Below, piece after piece: positions 1 through 13,488 of a stretch of 64,000 bases of DNA. The position numbers and the translations under genes are program-made. The DNA is taken from NCBI GenBank assembly GCA_000182565.2, contig KQ257455.1. One strand, 5' to 3'. The notes under the pieces are model-generated. The model was not told the DNA's origin, made no database searches, and worked only from the letters and a program-made list of their open reading frames with translations. The DNA comes from Spizellomyces punctatus DAOM BR117. Its lineage: Eukaryota. How positions within the stretch are numbered: the first letter of the stretch is position 1; the number at the start of each line of letters is the position of its first letter.

Positions 1-144
1 ATATCCACAAAGGGACAACTGCTGTCATCACGGATTTTAAGGGCCATCACAGGCGTAGGTTCACAGTACAAGAAGCTCTTACCTTCGAATCTATTTATAC
101 CAGTCACCTCAACTCTCTGGATTAGACTTTTTGTTTGAACGACA

Positions 145-816
145 ATGGCTGCTGCATCAGCTCACACTGGGTCCGCGTTTGCGCGGTTTTGGAACCATCC
201 CGCAGGTATGTCGTGTGCTTCTGAAATGACCGGATGATGCAATCCATTTTAGCTCGAGTGAGGCTGTTTGGAAAAGGAGATTGTTTTTATTGTGGCTAAA
301 CCCAAGTTTTTGATTGCTTGCACAGGTCCGAAGACAATCCACTTCTGGGCACCTGCTATGAAATGGGTAAATATTCGTATTGCTGTTATATATGCGTTGC
401 GCTTCAAGGATCTGACCAAAACCCACTTAGGGTCTCGTCATTGCTGGCTTGGGAGACTTGCAACGTCCTGCTGAAAAGCTTTCTGTGATGCAAACTGTGG
501 CCCTTGCGGCGACAGGGGTTATCTGGTCCCGGTATTCGCTTGTTATTACACCCAAGAATTGGAGCTTATTCAGCGTCAACGTATTCGTCGGAGCCACTGG
601 ATTGTATCAATTGTATCGAATCTACGAGTAAGTGTTTTTAATTTCTATATTCACTGCCAGGTGTGGATTGACAGTTTTGCCTCCCTGTGACATAGCTACA
701 GGCAGTCGCTTAAAAACGCTCCGCTAACGACCCAGGCAAAAACAATCGCAAATGCGGCACAGGATACCGCTGCGCAAGCAAAGGACAAAGTTGAAAACGT
801 CTTGAAGAATAAATAA
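145..816 (+). CDS. MPC2: Mitochondrial pyruvate carrier subunit (MPC2-like), 4 exons
   Basis: Spliced translation reads MAAASAHTGSAFARFWNHPAG|PKTIHFWAPAMKW|GLVIAGLGDLQRPAEKLS...LAATGVIWSRYSLVITPKNWSLFSVNVFVGATGLYQLYRI, which carries the MPC family motifs; GT-AG introns; stop TAA at 814-816. Confidence 0.93.
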
Positions 817-1017
817 ATAAATAGATTTTGATTTTCATTTGGAGGACACCCGCTAGAGAAAGTGCCCTTCTGAGGGGGAACTTCATCATATAGATGTCGG
901 GTTCATTGACCATTGTTAGCTGAGTCAGGCAATCCTGTCGCTTCCGTGGCTAGCGCAGGCTGATGAGCCAAATTTCTCTGGTTTTGTCTTTCGTAACCAT
1001 GAGTGGTCAATCCCTCT

Positions 1018-2799
1018 TCACATTCCTCCCATAGAAAGCCGTCGTGATGGTCTTCGAGGTGGGTTTACGACACGCTTCGTTTTTGCTCTGGCCTTGCGCA
1101 ATTCCGCCAACTGATAGGGAACCGGAAATGGATTGTTCCGCGATACAACCCTATTTTCACATTGGGATGAACACAATATACATGACAATGATGTTTGCTT
1201 TGCGCTTACACTAATTTTCTTGCCGGCAGCGTGTATCCTTTCATATATCCCTGTAGAGTTGTCCATTGAGATTTTTCGTAGACAGAGCAAGCGGAACTTG
1301 TACTGCCTTACCTGGGCGATCAGGGCCACCACAATGCTCTCGAGACTAGCCATGTTCATATCCTGCACACCGGCAAATACACAGGCACGTAGAAGCTGAG
1401 CATAATCAAGTTGGGTCATGGCAGCATCGGGTTTCCCTTCTCTTGACAGCAGTAACCTAGAAACCGTAGTGACATCAGCCGGCGGCCCACTTCGAAGACA
1501 CAGCCCAAGTGTACGTACACACTTCGAAACAGGTTTCTGTACATAATAATACGCGTTCGATGCTCCAAAATATACAAAACTCCCAAACTCGCAAAAAAGC
1601 TCGCATTCTTCTCCAATAATCGGTCGTACTCGGCGAGATGGCCTCTTTTGTAGGCCGCAATCAGTGGCCCAAACGATTGGTCCAGTTGAAACTTCTCGAG
1701 AAGGTAGGTGCGTGGGATCATCCCTCGAATCATTCTGGCGACCACAAGAAGAGAGAATATACGGCTGATGAATTCAAATATGGTCAGATTGGCATGCCAC
1801 GACTAGTTGCACAAATTACCCACCATCGATTTGCTCCTGCCCGTGCATGACAATGTTCCAATGCAAACGATAAATGTCGCTCTGCCTAAAAGTAACGACA
1901 TCAGAAACGAATATATCTAAAGAGGTGCCGTCTACCTACCGCGCGAAATTTATGATAATACAGTTTCAGTCGCCCAACCAGGAAATGGTATGTAACTCGT
2001 TGACTCATCGAATAAGCTGTTAGATCAAGCCTTCGTTGATCGATCTGACGAACCAGCTTGGTGCACAGTTGCCATTCGTTTATTTTGATATAAAATCTGA
2101 GGGCGGTATTGGCCACTAAGAGAGCGGCTGCTTTTGTCTCAGCAAATCCGGGTCTAGCGGCTAGTCAATAAATGTCGCGCGAAAGGACCGCCCCCTCTCA
2201 ACCGCAATGACATACCGATCCACCAATATCAATGACATTAGCACCGAAAACCGATTCTGCAAATTTACGGCACTTGTTCCCTTCTTGCCCAAACTTTTCA
2301 GGTACATATCCCTTTGTAGGGCCAGAAAAATCATACTTCCGCAGAGCCGCTTCAGGACCGGGATATGCCAATGTCGTGAAAACACTGGGTTGCAAAATTG
2401 CCTACGTAGGGATATCCGCCTTGAGCACATTTTTCTCATCCAAAAAAGCCTCCGTTTTTGAGACTCACGCGAATACCGCAGCGGCGGCATCGTAAAAGTC
2501 TCGGGGGTCGGCGGTTTGTAGGTAGCCTAGGAATGCCGAGACGTAGGAATCAAGGGGAGCGGGCACCGCTGAAGATACTCGTGCTTCTATTGTTGAAAAC
2601 TCGCCCTGTTAAACAAAAGATGAGCGAAACCGATCTGTGATAGAAACTCAATTTATCTATCCACCTCTGAGAGTTCTGGTAATAGCTGGGAGACCCATTC
2701 CTCAGGCATAAGCAAATCCGTCAAAGTCGCAAGTGCTTCGCCATTTTCAGTCCCAACTGCATTTGCGACTTTGGCTAGGTAGTCTCCCAAAGGTGTCAT
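1018..2799 (-). CDS. PCI-domain protein, PCID2/Thp1/Csn12-like (multi-exon)
   Basis: ORF pieces ANTALRFYIKINEWQLCTKLV, YSMSQRVTYHFLVGRLKLY, MIRGMIPRTYLLEKFQL, ESIVVALIAQ|GYMKGY...VVSRNNPFP match the PCID2-family layout; start MTPLGDYLAKVANAV. Confidence 0.8.
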
Positions 2800-3120
2800 G
2801 GTTCCGCTGGGAGTCTACTGATAACTTCCCCTACGGCCAAAGTTGCGGATCCCCAGTGTCCCAGTGTCCGCAAAGTAAATCTCTTGCCCCTCTTTGGTGT
2901 TGTTGCTGTTAAGATGAGAATCGACAATGGCCGTTCATGTAGGTCCAATGGTGTGGACAAGTGTGTGGGTCGATAACCCAAAAACTGTATGTTAATTAGA
3001 TTTTTGCATAAGCCGCGTTAATACGACAATTTGGGTACAACAGGCCGACCGCTGTTGAGGTCATAACATATCAGGCTGGGGGTTCTTCCCCCCCACTCCT
3101 CCCCAAGCAAGAGCAGCAGC

Positions 3121-4641
3121 ATGAGGTCGTCCACTCAGATTGATAGAGAAGCCTTTGAACTCGATCAGCGATCACGACCGTTGCGTTCCCCATTGCCGAC
3201 ATGGAGCAGAACTTTTGTATGTGGCCACGAATATCTTTGATAATGTAGTGATACTAACAATAACTTTTGCCCCTCCACTAAACTTGAAAGACCATGACAC
3301 TCGGGGTTTTGCGTGGAACACTAGAAGCGAACAAAAACTCTCTTCGGCGAGCCCGCCTTCTCACTGATAAAGCCGCGACTCCCGTTCCACTGCGAGTAAA
3401 GCTCTCAAAAATATATATTCCACGTAGAAAAGATGTCCTTCCGGAAGGAATGGCTGAAAAGGATGCTGAGGGTGCGATCAAGGCAGAGTGGGTAGACTGG
3501 GAGCCAATTAAGAACGATAAATCAGCAGCGGATCGAGTGATTCTTTATGTGCACGGCGGGGCGTATTTCATATGCTCAAGGAAAACACACAGGGGAATCA
3601 CTTACCGACTAGCAAAGTATGCAAAGGCAAGATTACTGGGTACGTCAGTATTTATAAAGTTTACTACTTTATTCGGTGTAAAAGCTGGGTTTTAGTCTCT
3701 TACTCGATCTTGATGTAGCAATTGACTACCGCCTGGCGCCAGAGGCCACCTTTCCCGTACCGCTGAGCGATGTTTTGTCGGCCTATCTTTTCCTTATCGA
3801 TCCACCGCCTCATACGGGTGCACCCAAATACCGCCCTGAACAGATTACATTCATGGGTGATTCTGCTGGTGGTGGTCTTGCACTGTCAGCTATCCTATGG
3901 CTTCGGGACAATGGCCGACAGTTTCCGATGCCGGGTGCTGCTGCGCTCATGTCACCTTGGATGGATTTAACACACTCTATGCCCTCATGGCGACTCAATA
4001 ATCCTTATGATTATCTGCCGGACGGTTCCAACGATCCAAAATACATTAATCCCGAGCGTTCCCACTACTATGTGTCCCACAATTCCTTCTTGGATCATCC
4101 ACTAGTTTCGCCTCTGTATGCAAAAGAAAATCCTAACCGCCCACTCCCGCCGATGATCATTCAATGCGGAGATGCAGAGAAACTACGGGACGAAATAATA
4201 ACTTTTGTGGAAGAGAAGTTTCCCACAAGTGCTATTCAACTTGAACTTTACGAAGATCAAGTCCATGTTTTCCAAATGTTTGCAAGTCTCGAATCTATTT
4301 CGAAACTTGGACTACGGCGATTTGGAGAATGGATTCTCGGTGTAACCAGCCAATACGCAAAGGAGCGTGCGCCAAGGGTGGAGCACAACGTCCTGCGAAT
4401 CTTAAATCGGAAAGGGCACCCTGTATCGGTTGTGAAAAATGCTCTCGATATTGTTGAGGAGGCGAGAAGAATACTGATTGGACGTGGACAATGGAGCGGC
4501 GACAAGAAATTTGGCAAACCAAAATTGTCACGAGGCGAGTCAGCGTTTGTGGTGAACCCGGAGTATGTGCAGTATGATGAGGAGGTAGCGGAGGAGCTGG
4601 ATAAGCTTGCAATCGCCGGGGGACAGGTCCAAAGTAAATAA
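3121..4641 (+). CDS. Alpha/beta hydrolase, hormone-sensitive-lipase/esterase family (Say1-like), 3 exons
   Basis: Motifs LYVHGGAY, IDYRLAPE, GDSAGGGL, SPWMDLTHS and QVHVFQ; introns at about 3217-3290 and 3640-3718. Confidence 0.9.
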
Positions 4642-5902
4642 GCGTAAGGGATGTTTTTTTTGAGGATAGAGTACCTTAGAATATCTAAAGGTAGATTTGT
4701 ATATGTGGCTGGAACTCATAGATAACTACACAGTACTCATATATAGCACAAACGACACCAGATGTCCGTACAATACGGGTTCAAAACTTACATATCTAGT
4801 AGTGACGAGGCGACATACAAGAGCCATCAAGTTAGAAGCGGAAAACAAAGCAAAAATGATTGACATGCTCAACCCGATCGTGTGTGTTCCGATCTCGTCA
4901 AGCCACAGGGATGTGAGATTGAAATACAAACATTAGATCAAGTCAAGAAGGTGTCATTTTGCACAGCATGAACGGTGATGAAGAGCTACAAAAGACTGCA
5001 ACATTAAACACATCTTTTGCACGAGCGATGAACAAGTTACCAAAGTGATCCCACTTTCTGTTGCATGATTCGTACTCAAACAGAGGAAACGCTGACAATG
5101 GTGCGAGGCTGTGAAAGGGATGATTAGAAATTTGGACAACAAACCTTAACTGTGCGCAATGATGAAGCCTGTATCGTTTCCTTTTGCTATAAGAATCTCA
5201 AAACGACAGCGAAAAGCCTTGACTAGAATCCTCCAACAGAATCACATATTGGCTTAAACCCAGCGCACACTCTAGTAGTAATAAAGTCAAATGGTTATTT
5301 TATAGCTCCCGACCCAGTAATTTTTCAGATGAACGGCGCGTGACTCAGCTGGCAAGTTGGGGTTTGGAAAGCAAAACTACTCGCAAGTGGCGGGCAAATA
5401 GGACCTTTTTTCTCTCCTTTTTCTTTCACATCTCTTTAGGCATCCCGCATCGACAGGGCACCGGGGGCTCCTGGGCGTGGACCTAAACCGTGATACGCAG
5501 TGGAACGGGTACCCCCAACTCATCGTCCAAGAGAAGGACGGTCATTTTGTGGACCTGTCAGCGTCGACAGCTAGCTTCAATTCATTCCGTTACCTGCTGT
5601 CCACGCCTAATTGTAGGAACAGTGGCGCGAGCGACGTTTTCACAAAAGCAGCCAAAAGCCATCGTTGTTCCATAGTCTTGGACGTTCTTAAAGGTCTTTG
5701 GGATTGGAAGGAGGCGTTGGAGATTGGATCTCATCCCTTGCGTGCCTTGCAGACAGCTAGAAGGTCGATTGATTATCTGTCGCCCGGTTTGAACCAGGAG
5801 AATGCTATGACCGAGGTGGCCATAAGCTGTAGTCGAAACGAACGCATTATTATTTCCAAGCGTCGTACCTACAAGAACATTGACTTGCGTTGACGCTGCA
5901 CG

Positions 5903-8900
5903 ATGAGTTCCACTACTTCTCCGACGTCTCCTATTCACGAATCCGCAATGACGCATACGGCAGAGGCTAAGCGGGTAGTAGACACTGGCACACAAACCGA
6001 AGTTGAATTGGAAGACGCAGAATCCCAAGCAACGCTGAGTATTACAATACCGCATTCTCAATTATCCTTTTTCCACATTGAAGAAGCTGGTAAAGGGAGG
6101 AAAGAAAAGAAGCGGATGTCTGCAATAATAGTGTCATCGAGCGGGACAGATGGAACTGTCACGGACGACGTTTCAGTACTGTCTATCAGCCTGTCCAGCC
6201 GCTATTCGGTCAGCTCGGTCAAATCCATAAAGTCGCCTGACAAACCTTTTGCTGCCAAGAACAGCATTATCATAAGTGGTGCCGAGCAGATGCAAGACAA
6301 GTCTATCGCTATTGACCTGCTTCCTTCATCAAAGCTCACCGCCGTTACCGCGCCGTCCTCCTTACCCACGCGGACAAAGGACTCTGAGCTCTTCCCAATT
6401 CCGGCTTACGAAGAAGTTGCTAATAATGCGAGTCCTGGTGCCGAGGAGAAAGCTCCCAGTTCAGTGATTGCAAACGATGTATCGATGGTGACCCGGCAGC
6501 CTAGCACAGCAACATTGAATGATTCCAATTATCAGCCAGAATCTCAAATGAACAGTTCTTCCGTTCGCCAGTCCATTACCGCTCTGCCCAAGCTACCACC
6601 TTTGAATGTATGTGCGATAGCTTCTCCTCTTCTTGCGTGTACTAAAGCTGGCTATATTTAAGGTTCATGAGATAATAGTTCATCCTGAAGCAGCCAGTAT
6701 GCTCCGAACACTCTCTTTACAGTGGCCCGTTCTTAAATGTGGCCTTCTTCTTCGAAAAGAGGTGCTTGCATCATCTTCGGCATCGATGCACCTTCGAAGT
6801 TTGGATCGACCATCAGCTGTCAGAATGGTGGGCCGCTCCTTGGGGACGCTTTTGAAAGGGAAGCGCAGAACCAGAGGGCCTGGCGACTACGTCGAATCGA
6901 GACCCGCTTACTCTACAGAAGATGACGAATGGAATTTGTTTTACGCCGAAGTTAGGGGGCGGTATTTGATGTTCTACGTGTTGCAGGAGCCTCCCCGACA
7001 AAATTCGTCGCCAGTGAATCCTGGAACAGGAGCTCCCCCCCTGCCTGCGAAATCGGCTGTTCCGGCAAAAGGGCCATCTCAGGTGACCGCAGCTGGGCGC
7101 GATGGACTTCTGCATAAACCTTTTACGAAGGTATATTCTTGTTTAAAATGGGATGGCGAAACAGAGATTCTCATATTTCTTCACGGTACCCGCGCAGCTT
7201 TTTAATACGTTGGGGAAGAAAGCAAGATCAGATCCTGCGAGAAAGTCATCCGCTGACTTGGCTGCGAAGCTCTTCCGCAACGAGAGGTCATCTGTGGATG
7301 ATGTGCGACGACCATCCAATGAACAGCAGAGGACCATTCTGGCAAATCTCACACCCGATGCTCTCAAGGACGCACCGGTAACTATGCAAATTTGGTTATT
7401 AGCTTGATGACCTGTAACTCATTTTATACTTTATTAGCGTACTCTAGTTCACTATCTACCGCTTCACAAGGCTTTAGTGGAACCTGTGCCACAAGCAAGG
7501 ACAGGGGCGATGACCTCACCGGGCAACTCGTCCTCTTTTGTCAGTACGAGTTCATGTCATGTGAATTCGCATCTTGTCCTTAGCACCACCCCGGTTGAAC
7601 GGCATCACGAAGCGGGTCTGGCTGGCGCGAAATGCGATCAAGTTTTGCTGGATATCGTTCTGCACGAAGATATCCTACTAGATCACAATGAGCTCACTGT
7701 CTCTACCGTGAACTCCACGATGCGTGATACACACGCGCGTCGCCAAGAGATTCAGGAATGGATGACAGCCATCCGCACTGTCAGCGATTTTCAACCACCG
7801 TCGTATGACCCTGAAAGGGTATCATTGAGCCCATCGCTTGTTGAGAATGCTGAACCCGGAGATAAACGACCGGAGAGCATACACCATGAGAAACGAGCTG
7901 GTCCGCTACCTGTTCAGATGATTTTCAAAGAAAATAGCTCCATATCTAGTATAAAGAGCTCTGAAAGTGCACAATCGTTAAAAGAAAACTCCGGGAATCA
8001 AAGATCACCGTCTGTTGAAGAGCTCCCGGAACCGCTTGACTCAGTGGCCCGGGACGAGCGCCAAAAGGGACCGTCAAGCCCCGCATCATTCCCTTCATCA
8101 GCCTTGCTGAATAGTCCGCTGCCACCTACACTGACGGACTCTCTACCCGCTGCCGAACCATTGATTCTAAACACTGTAGCTGCGGATGCGTCCGTTCGTG
8201 CCTCTCATCCAAGCGTTCCTGCGCCTGGTAACAAGTCGTTTGCAAAGTTGATCTCTAATAAGTGGAAGATGACGTTTGAAAAGGAGAAAGAACCCGCACG
8301 TGCAAAACCCGTAATTTCGGGCCCGACCAACTTCACAAAGCTTGAGGTATCGCCGGAAATGCTTGTAAAGAACGCCGCCGCTATCAGCGGGCCAATTTCG
8401 GGAAGCCCGCCATCCCGTTCTAAGCTGGATATGAAACCATTGTCGGTGGCTGGCGAAAAGGAGTTGGTCCCTTCGTCCGAACCATCAGTGAATGACTCCG
8501 ATGCCAGGAGGAAAGATGATCGCCGAAAGGGTGAGAAGGCACCTCGAACCAACGTCCATAAAAAGAAAAGTCATAAGGGCGAGGAGAAAGATCCAGGGTC
8601 TAATGTGGTGGCCAGTAAGAAAGATCGCGAAAAGGAGAGAAAACGGGAAGGAAAAGACAAAAGCAAATTCCACAAGGCCTCTTCAAGCTCTTTTGTAATA
8701 TCGGCCCCTATTGCGGTTACTGCAAGCGATTCGACTGGTGTACACCAGCAACAACCCCAGAAAATACATCCACCGGCTTCAGATCTGGATCAGCAGCCTA
8801 GCGTCTCCACGTCGAGACTATTCTTCCCTTTTTTCAACAAAAGCCTCTTTACTCCGAAGGAGAAGGAAAGCCTCGCTGCCATATCCCCTGCGGCAGACAT

Positions 8901-10713
8901 CTTAAAGCGCACAGCTACTGTGTCTTCAAGGGCGTCAACAGTAAGACGGCGTGTTGGTAAGTCGCGGCCGCCGTCTTCTGGTACCATGGCTAGCGATCGC
9001 GGAACAATCGGGAGCGCAGTACGTGATGGGCAAGGGCGTGTGCCTCTGGAACTGAGGAAGTGCATTGCGTTGGTTGAAGATATTGGTATGATACGACCTA
9101 TTTTGGCTTCTGAATGACTGATTGCTCATAACCATGCTAAACAGGAATGGAAACCGAAGGACTTTATCGGATATCTGGAAGCGCTGCCAGTGTTGAGCGG
9201 CTACGACGCCTATTGATGATTAACCCATCCAATGTGTATCTTCAAGCGCCGCCCACCACACTGCCGTTGTCTTCGCCTCTGTCTGCTATGGTGACGGCTG
9301 AGATTGTGGCCGCAGCTGAAAAGATACCCAGTCTACCGCACAGATCGTCAAGACTGTCACTTGCCGAAACCGTCTCCTCTGCGCGATCTAGCGTTGATTT
9401 CGGACCTTCTCTTTTTGAGATGCGTCGCGCGTCTCGAGCACGTCGGCTATCTACCTCTAGTATCCCTCCAGGCATAGCTGGATTGTCTGGCCCATCGTTG
9501 TACGACAATGACATACACGTTGTGACTGGGGTGATCAAGGGCTTTTTGAGAGACGGCTTGGGATCCAAGAAGTTACCAATCTGCACCTTTGATGCTTACG
9601 AAGATTTCATTTCGGCCACTCGTAAGTGAATCCATACTTCCCCTTCACCATAAGCACCTGTTGACTTTTGTGTACTCTACAGAGATTGGCGACTGGCGAT
9701 CCCGAATGATTGCCATACAAGACCTTGTCCATTCCCTCCCAGCTAACCATTTCGCGACTCTAAAGTTTATATGCGAGCATTTGAACCGCGTTGCTTCCAA
9801 ATCCGAGAAGAATCGCATGTCTGTGCGTAACCTATCCATCATTTTTGGACCGACCCTGTTACGACCTCCACCTGCACTTGACTCGATGGCGCGAATTATC
9901 GAAGACATGCCGTTTCAATGCACCGTTGTTGAGACTCTGATCGAACAGGTTGACTGGGTCTTTGGTCCAATTGAGTATGAAGAAGTGGAGGAAGTCGTGG
10001 AGTATGGTGATCTTGAGCATTTGCAAGACTTGGTGGTTGCAGATGATGAGGAGGATATTACGAGCAACATTGTGGTTGGTGGGACAGAGTCTAATCAGAA
10101 TGATGTTGCTTCTGATTGTGGTGTAGTTGGGTCTGCGGATGGGTCAACTGTAGGGGTTGACAAGGAAATCCCGCATACGGAAAATGAACCGACATCCCTA
10201 CCAGAGGCCGCCGATCTACCTAATCAACAAGCAACGGACTTGCACCCGGAGGAGGGCGGGAATACCACTGGCCACCCCGCGGTGCCTTCTGGAGGCCGAC
10301 TTCGCCACACCAAATCCAAACTCGACCGTCGTCGTGGTCATATTCTTCCATCTATGTACCTCAACGACCTCTGCGAGAACATGCACGTTGATACATTGGG
10401 TTATTACCCAGTCAACACCACCAGCGTATCATCCGGTGTGGACCCTTCGCCTCGTCGAGGATCAGCATCGTCAACCTCAACCCCTCTTCAGCGCTCACAG
10501 CACAGCCCGTCCTCCTCTTCTGCCTCAAGCACTCTTAATTTGCCTCCTCTTCCCGCGCCCTCTCAATCCGGCTCTGTTACGACTACCATACCACCACCGA
10601 CCCCGACGTCCCTCATAAACACGACAAGAGTCTCTTCCTCATCTGGGGACCATGAGCCGCCGCGGTTGAGCTTGAATTTGGATATTGAGGAACGGTCCTT
10701 CTTGGACATTTGA
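5903..10713 (+). CDS. Large RhoGAP with an N-terminal split PH-like region and long low-complexity segments
   Basis: RhoGAP motifs VPLELRKCIALVE, GMETEGLYRISGS, DIHVVTGVIKGFLR, LPANHFATLKFICEHL, NRMSVRNLSIIFGPTLLRP; PH-like WNLFYAEVRGRYLMFY and EIQEWMTAIR; start codon uncertain. Confidence 0.85.
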
Positions 10714-11099
10714 TATGGTGTATAGTTATTGTTCTTTTGCTTGTCTTTTTTCCCTTTTCTGTATGTGTGCGTAGTCTAAGATAGTGGATATGGGACGAGT
10801 AGTTTACATGATTGTTTAGCAGGGCTCGTATCGTTTTCTTTTTTTTTCTTTACATGCTTTTTTTGTTGGAACGTTTTTCGTATAGGTTTGATATTGAATT
10901 TTCAGCATAGTATGTTCTGTAGCAGTTTGAAGTGAAGACGACATTTTTTTTCTGATAATAACATTGTATGGTTCCCAGTTAAATGAGAGATTGTTAATTC
11001 TGCAGGTCTACGACTGCACTGCGTCTCTTTTAGCAGTTAAGTACAAAAATGTAACAAGTAGGGGGGTACTAGGATATCTAAACGATTTCCGCGCCATCT

Positions 11100-13179
11100 C
11101 TACAACTTTGCCTTGGGACCCAAGACTTCAGCAACATGCCTCCTCTGCACTTTGCCAGTCGCCGTCTTTGGTACACTATCGACAATGTGAATTTTACGTG
11201 GAATTTTAAAGGTTGCCAAGCTCTTTTTGGCATGAGCCAGCAAGTCAGCTTCTTTCACTTTGCCCTTGTATTCATCTTTGGGTACGATGGCTGCCTCGAT
11301 TTCCTGGCCATAGATTTGTGAGGGAACGGGGAAGGCGACCGCTTCGCTTACGGCACGATGTTGAAGTAGGACCTACGAGGTGAGATTTGAGCAAAAGGGG
11401 GTAAAAGCGACCGTATTGGAACAAGAAACGCACCTGGTCGATTTCAAGGGGACTAATCTTTTCCCCACCTCGATTAATCTGTTCCTTGATACGGCCGACA
11501 AGGAACAGGAATCCCATTTCATCAATGTACCCCAAATCGCCTGTACGGAACCATTTAGGAGCTGACGGTGACGTTGGGTCATCGAAAAAGGACTCTAGAG
11601 TAGCCTTCTCATTGTTGTGGTACCCTAATGAGAACTCATTTAGGAAAATTATAACCCCCAGATGATGATCGATGAGAAATGTCTCCTACCTTTAATCACG
11701 TTTGGACCCCTTACACAAACCTCTCCTGCCTGCCTTGTCTTCAAGGGCTTGCCTTCCGCGTCCATAATCTGCACCTCAACTCCACGGCCTTTACCCACAG
11801 AGCCCGGCTTCCGCATGCCAGGAGGCAGAAAATTCGCCGAGATCTGATGTGCACTTTCGGACATTGCGTAGGCCTATCAGAGCAGTTTTGATTAGCGATG
11901 GTCTCTACAGGCTCGCAAAGCCAAATTCATCTACCTCAACAACAGGTGCTTTGAACGTCTTTTCAAGTTGGAAAAGCGTGGCGGGCGCTCTAATAAGCGG
12001 TACGGGTGAGAAATACAATACAACCATAAATAAGCTTTTTCAAAAACTCACAAGCTAGCACTGCAGCTCCGAATAAACCGAAGCTTGCCACTGCTTCCTT
12101 TATAGCTCTCTTTGACTTTGAGGAGCATCATTTGGTGAATGGTGGGCACAGCTGAATACCAAGTGGCCTATGTAGGGACACGCTGATTAGCAAAGACATC
12201 CGACTATTGTCATTGCATCTCCTGACATACGCCGTGTTCGATAAAATCTGGCCAGAAATGCGTCACAGAGAACTTTGGAGGGATGACCACAGTCCCACCA
12301 GAGTGGAAGGTTGAAAGTAGCACACCAATAAGACCGTGAACATGGAAGAGCGGCATCACGAGATACGAGACGTCAGATGCATTGAGTCCGAAAGTCTCCT
12401 CGACATTCCGCAAGGTGGCAAGAATATTCCCGTGCGAAAGAGGGACACCTACAAGAACGCTTCAGTATAATGTATGGATTAAACGTATTTCCAATAAAAC
12501 AACCTTTAGGCCTTCCTGTAGTTCCACTGGTGTGCAACATGAGCGCAATATCATCCGCTACCGGAGCGCCCCGTTCCTCCGGTTGCACGGCTGCCCCGAT
12601 CGCGCCAGAGGCATCGGATGGCCTGACGTGAACAATGGGATCGATGACATTTACCCTCTTCTCCTTGTCAACCTTCTTCACTGGCTTGTCTCTTCGCAGC
12701 ACACTTCCAACTTCCGCCCAGACCTCGTATATCGGAATGGCGCCGCCAAGACTCTCCACCGCCTTCTTGGTATTAGCAAGGATTTTTGCGTCCCCTTTGG
12801 GCACAACTACCGCTTTCGATCCCACGTCCTGAAGGTAGAATGCAATTTCTTCCGCGGTATAAGAAGGATTAAGTGGGTTGGCGATGGCACGCACTCCAGT
12901 GGTTGCGAAAAACACAGCCACGTATTCGAGCGAGTTTGGCAACAAGAACGTCAACACGTCCCGTGGACGCAGATGCGAGAAAGGCGCCTGAGATTGAAGG
13001 GTGTTGATGACATGCCGGAGATGCGAATAATATATCTTATAAGAAGGACATGAGTCGCGGTGTGGAATAATAACAGCTGGACTGTACGAATCCGTTAGAA
13101 TTTCGTTCAGGTTCCCGTAGGGGGAAAATGCAGCGGGAGCAGGTGGTGGAGGAGGAGCCACACGTCGAATACGAGCCAT
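11100..13179 (-). CDS. PCS60: Peroxisomal acyl-CoA ligase, oxalate--CoA ligase (Pcs60-like), multi-exon
   Basis: Motifs [65 protein letters not shown]; ends in the PTS1 tripeptide AKL followed by TAG. Confidence 0.88.
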
Positions 13180-13488
13180 ATCGTTCACTGAGATGGAAAA
13201 CCGGAGGGGATTATCGCGATGAGGAGGGGGTCAAGTAGTCGATGGAAGAACGGAATCGCAAAAGAACGTAAACACAGCGCATACTGATAATCTGCCGTGC
13301 TTGTGTAATTGCGTGATGTCGGCAATGACTCACATCGCACGCGATGAGACACATTCAACTTGCTGATGGAAAACGTCCAAAGAATCTTTGGATTTGTGAG
13401 CTCTTTTTTTATTATTATATCATTACAATGCTACCCAGTATGTAGCTCCAACATATCAAATGTGACATATCGCACACCTTTGGAGTGC

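Noticed and set aside
955-1000. CTGATGAG followed by a short stem, resembling a hammerhead ribozyme core
   Set aside because: No GAAA core segment after the stem, and no stems I/III could be formed
5477-5893. 138-aa ORF just upstream of the RhoGAP
   Set aside because: Non-ATG start and no recognisable motif; probably 5' leader or chance
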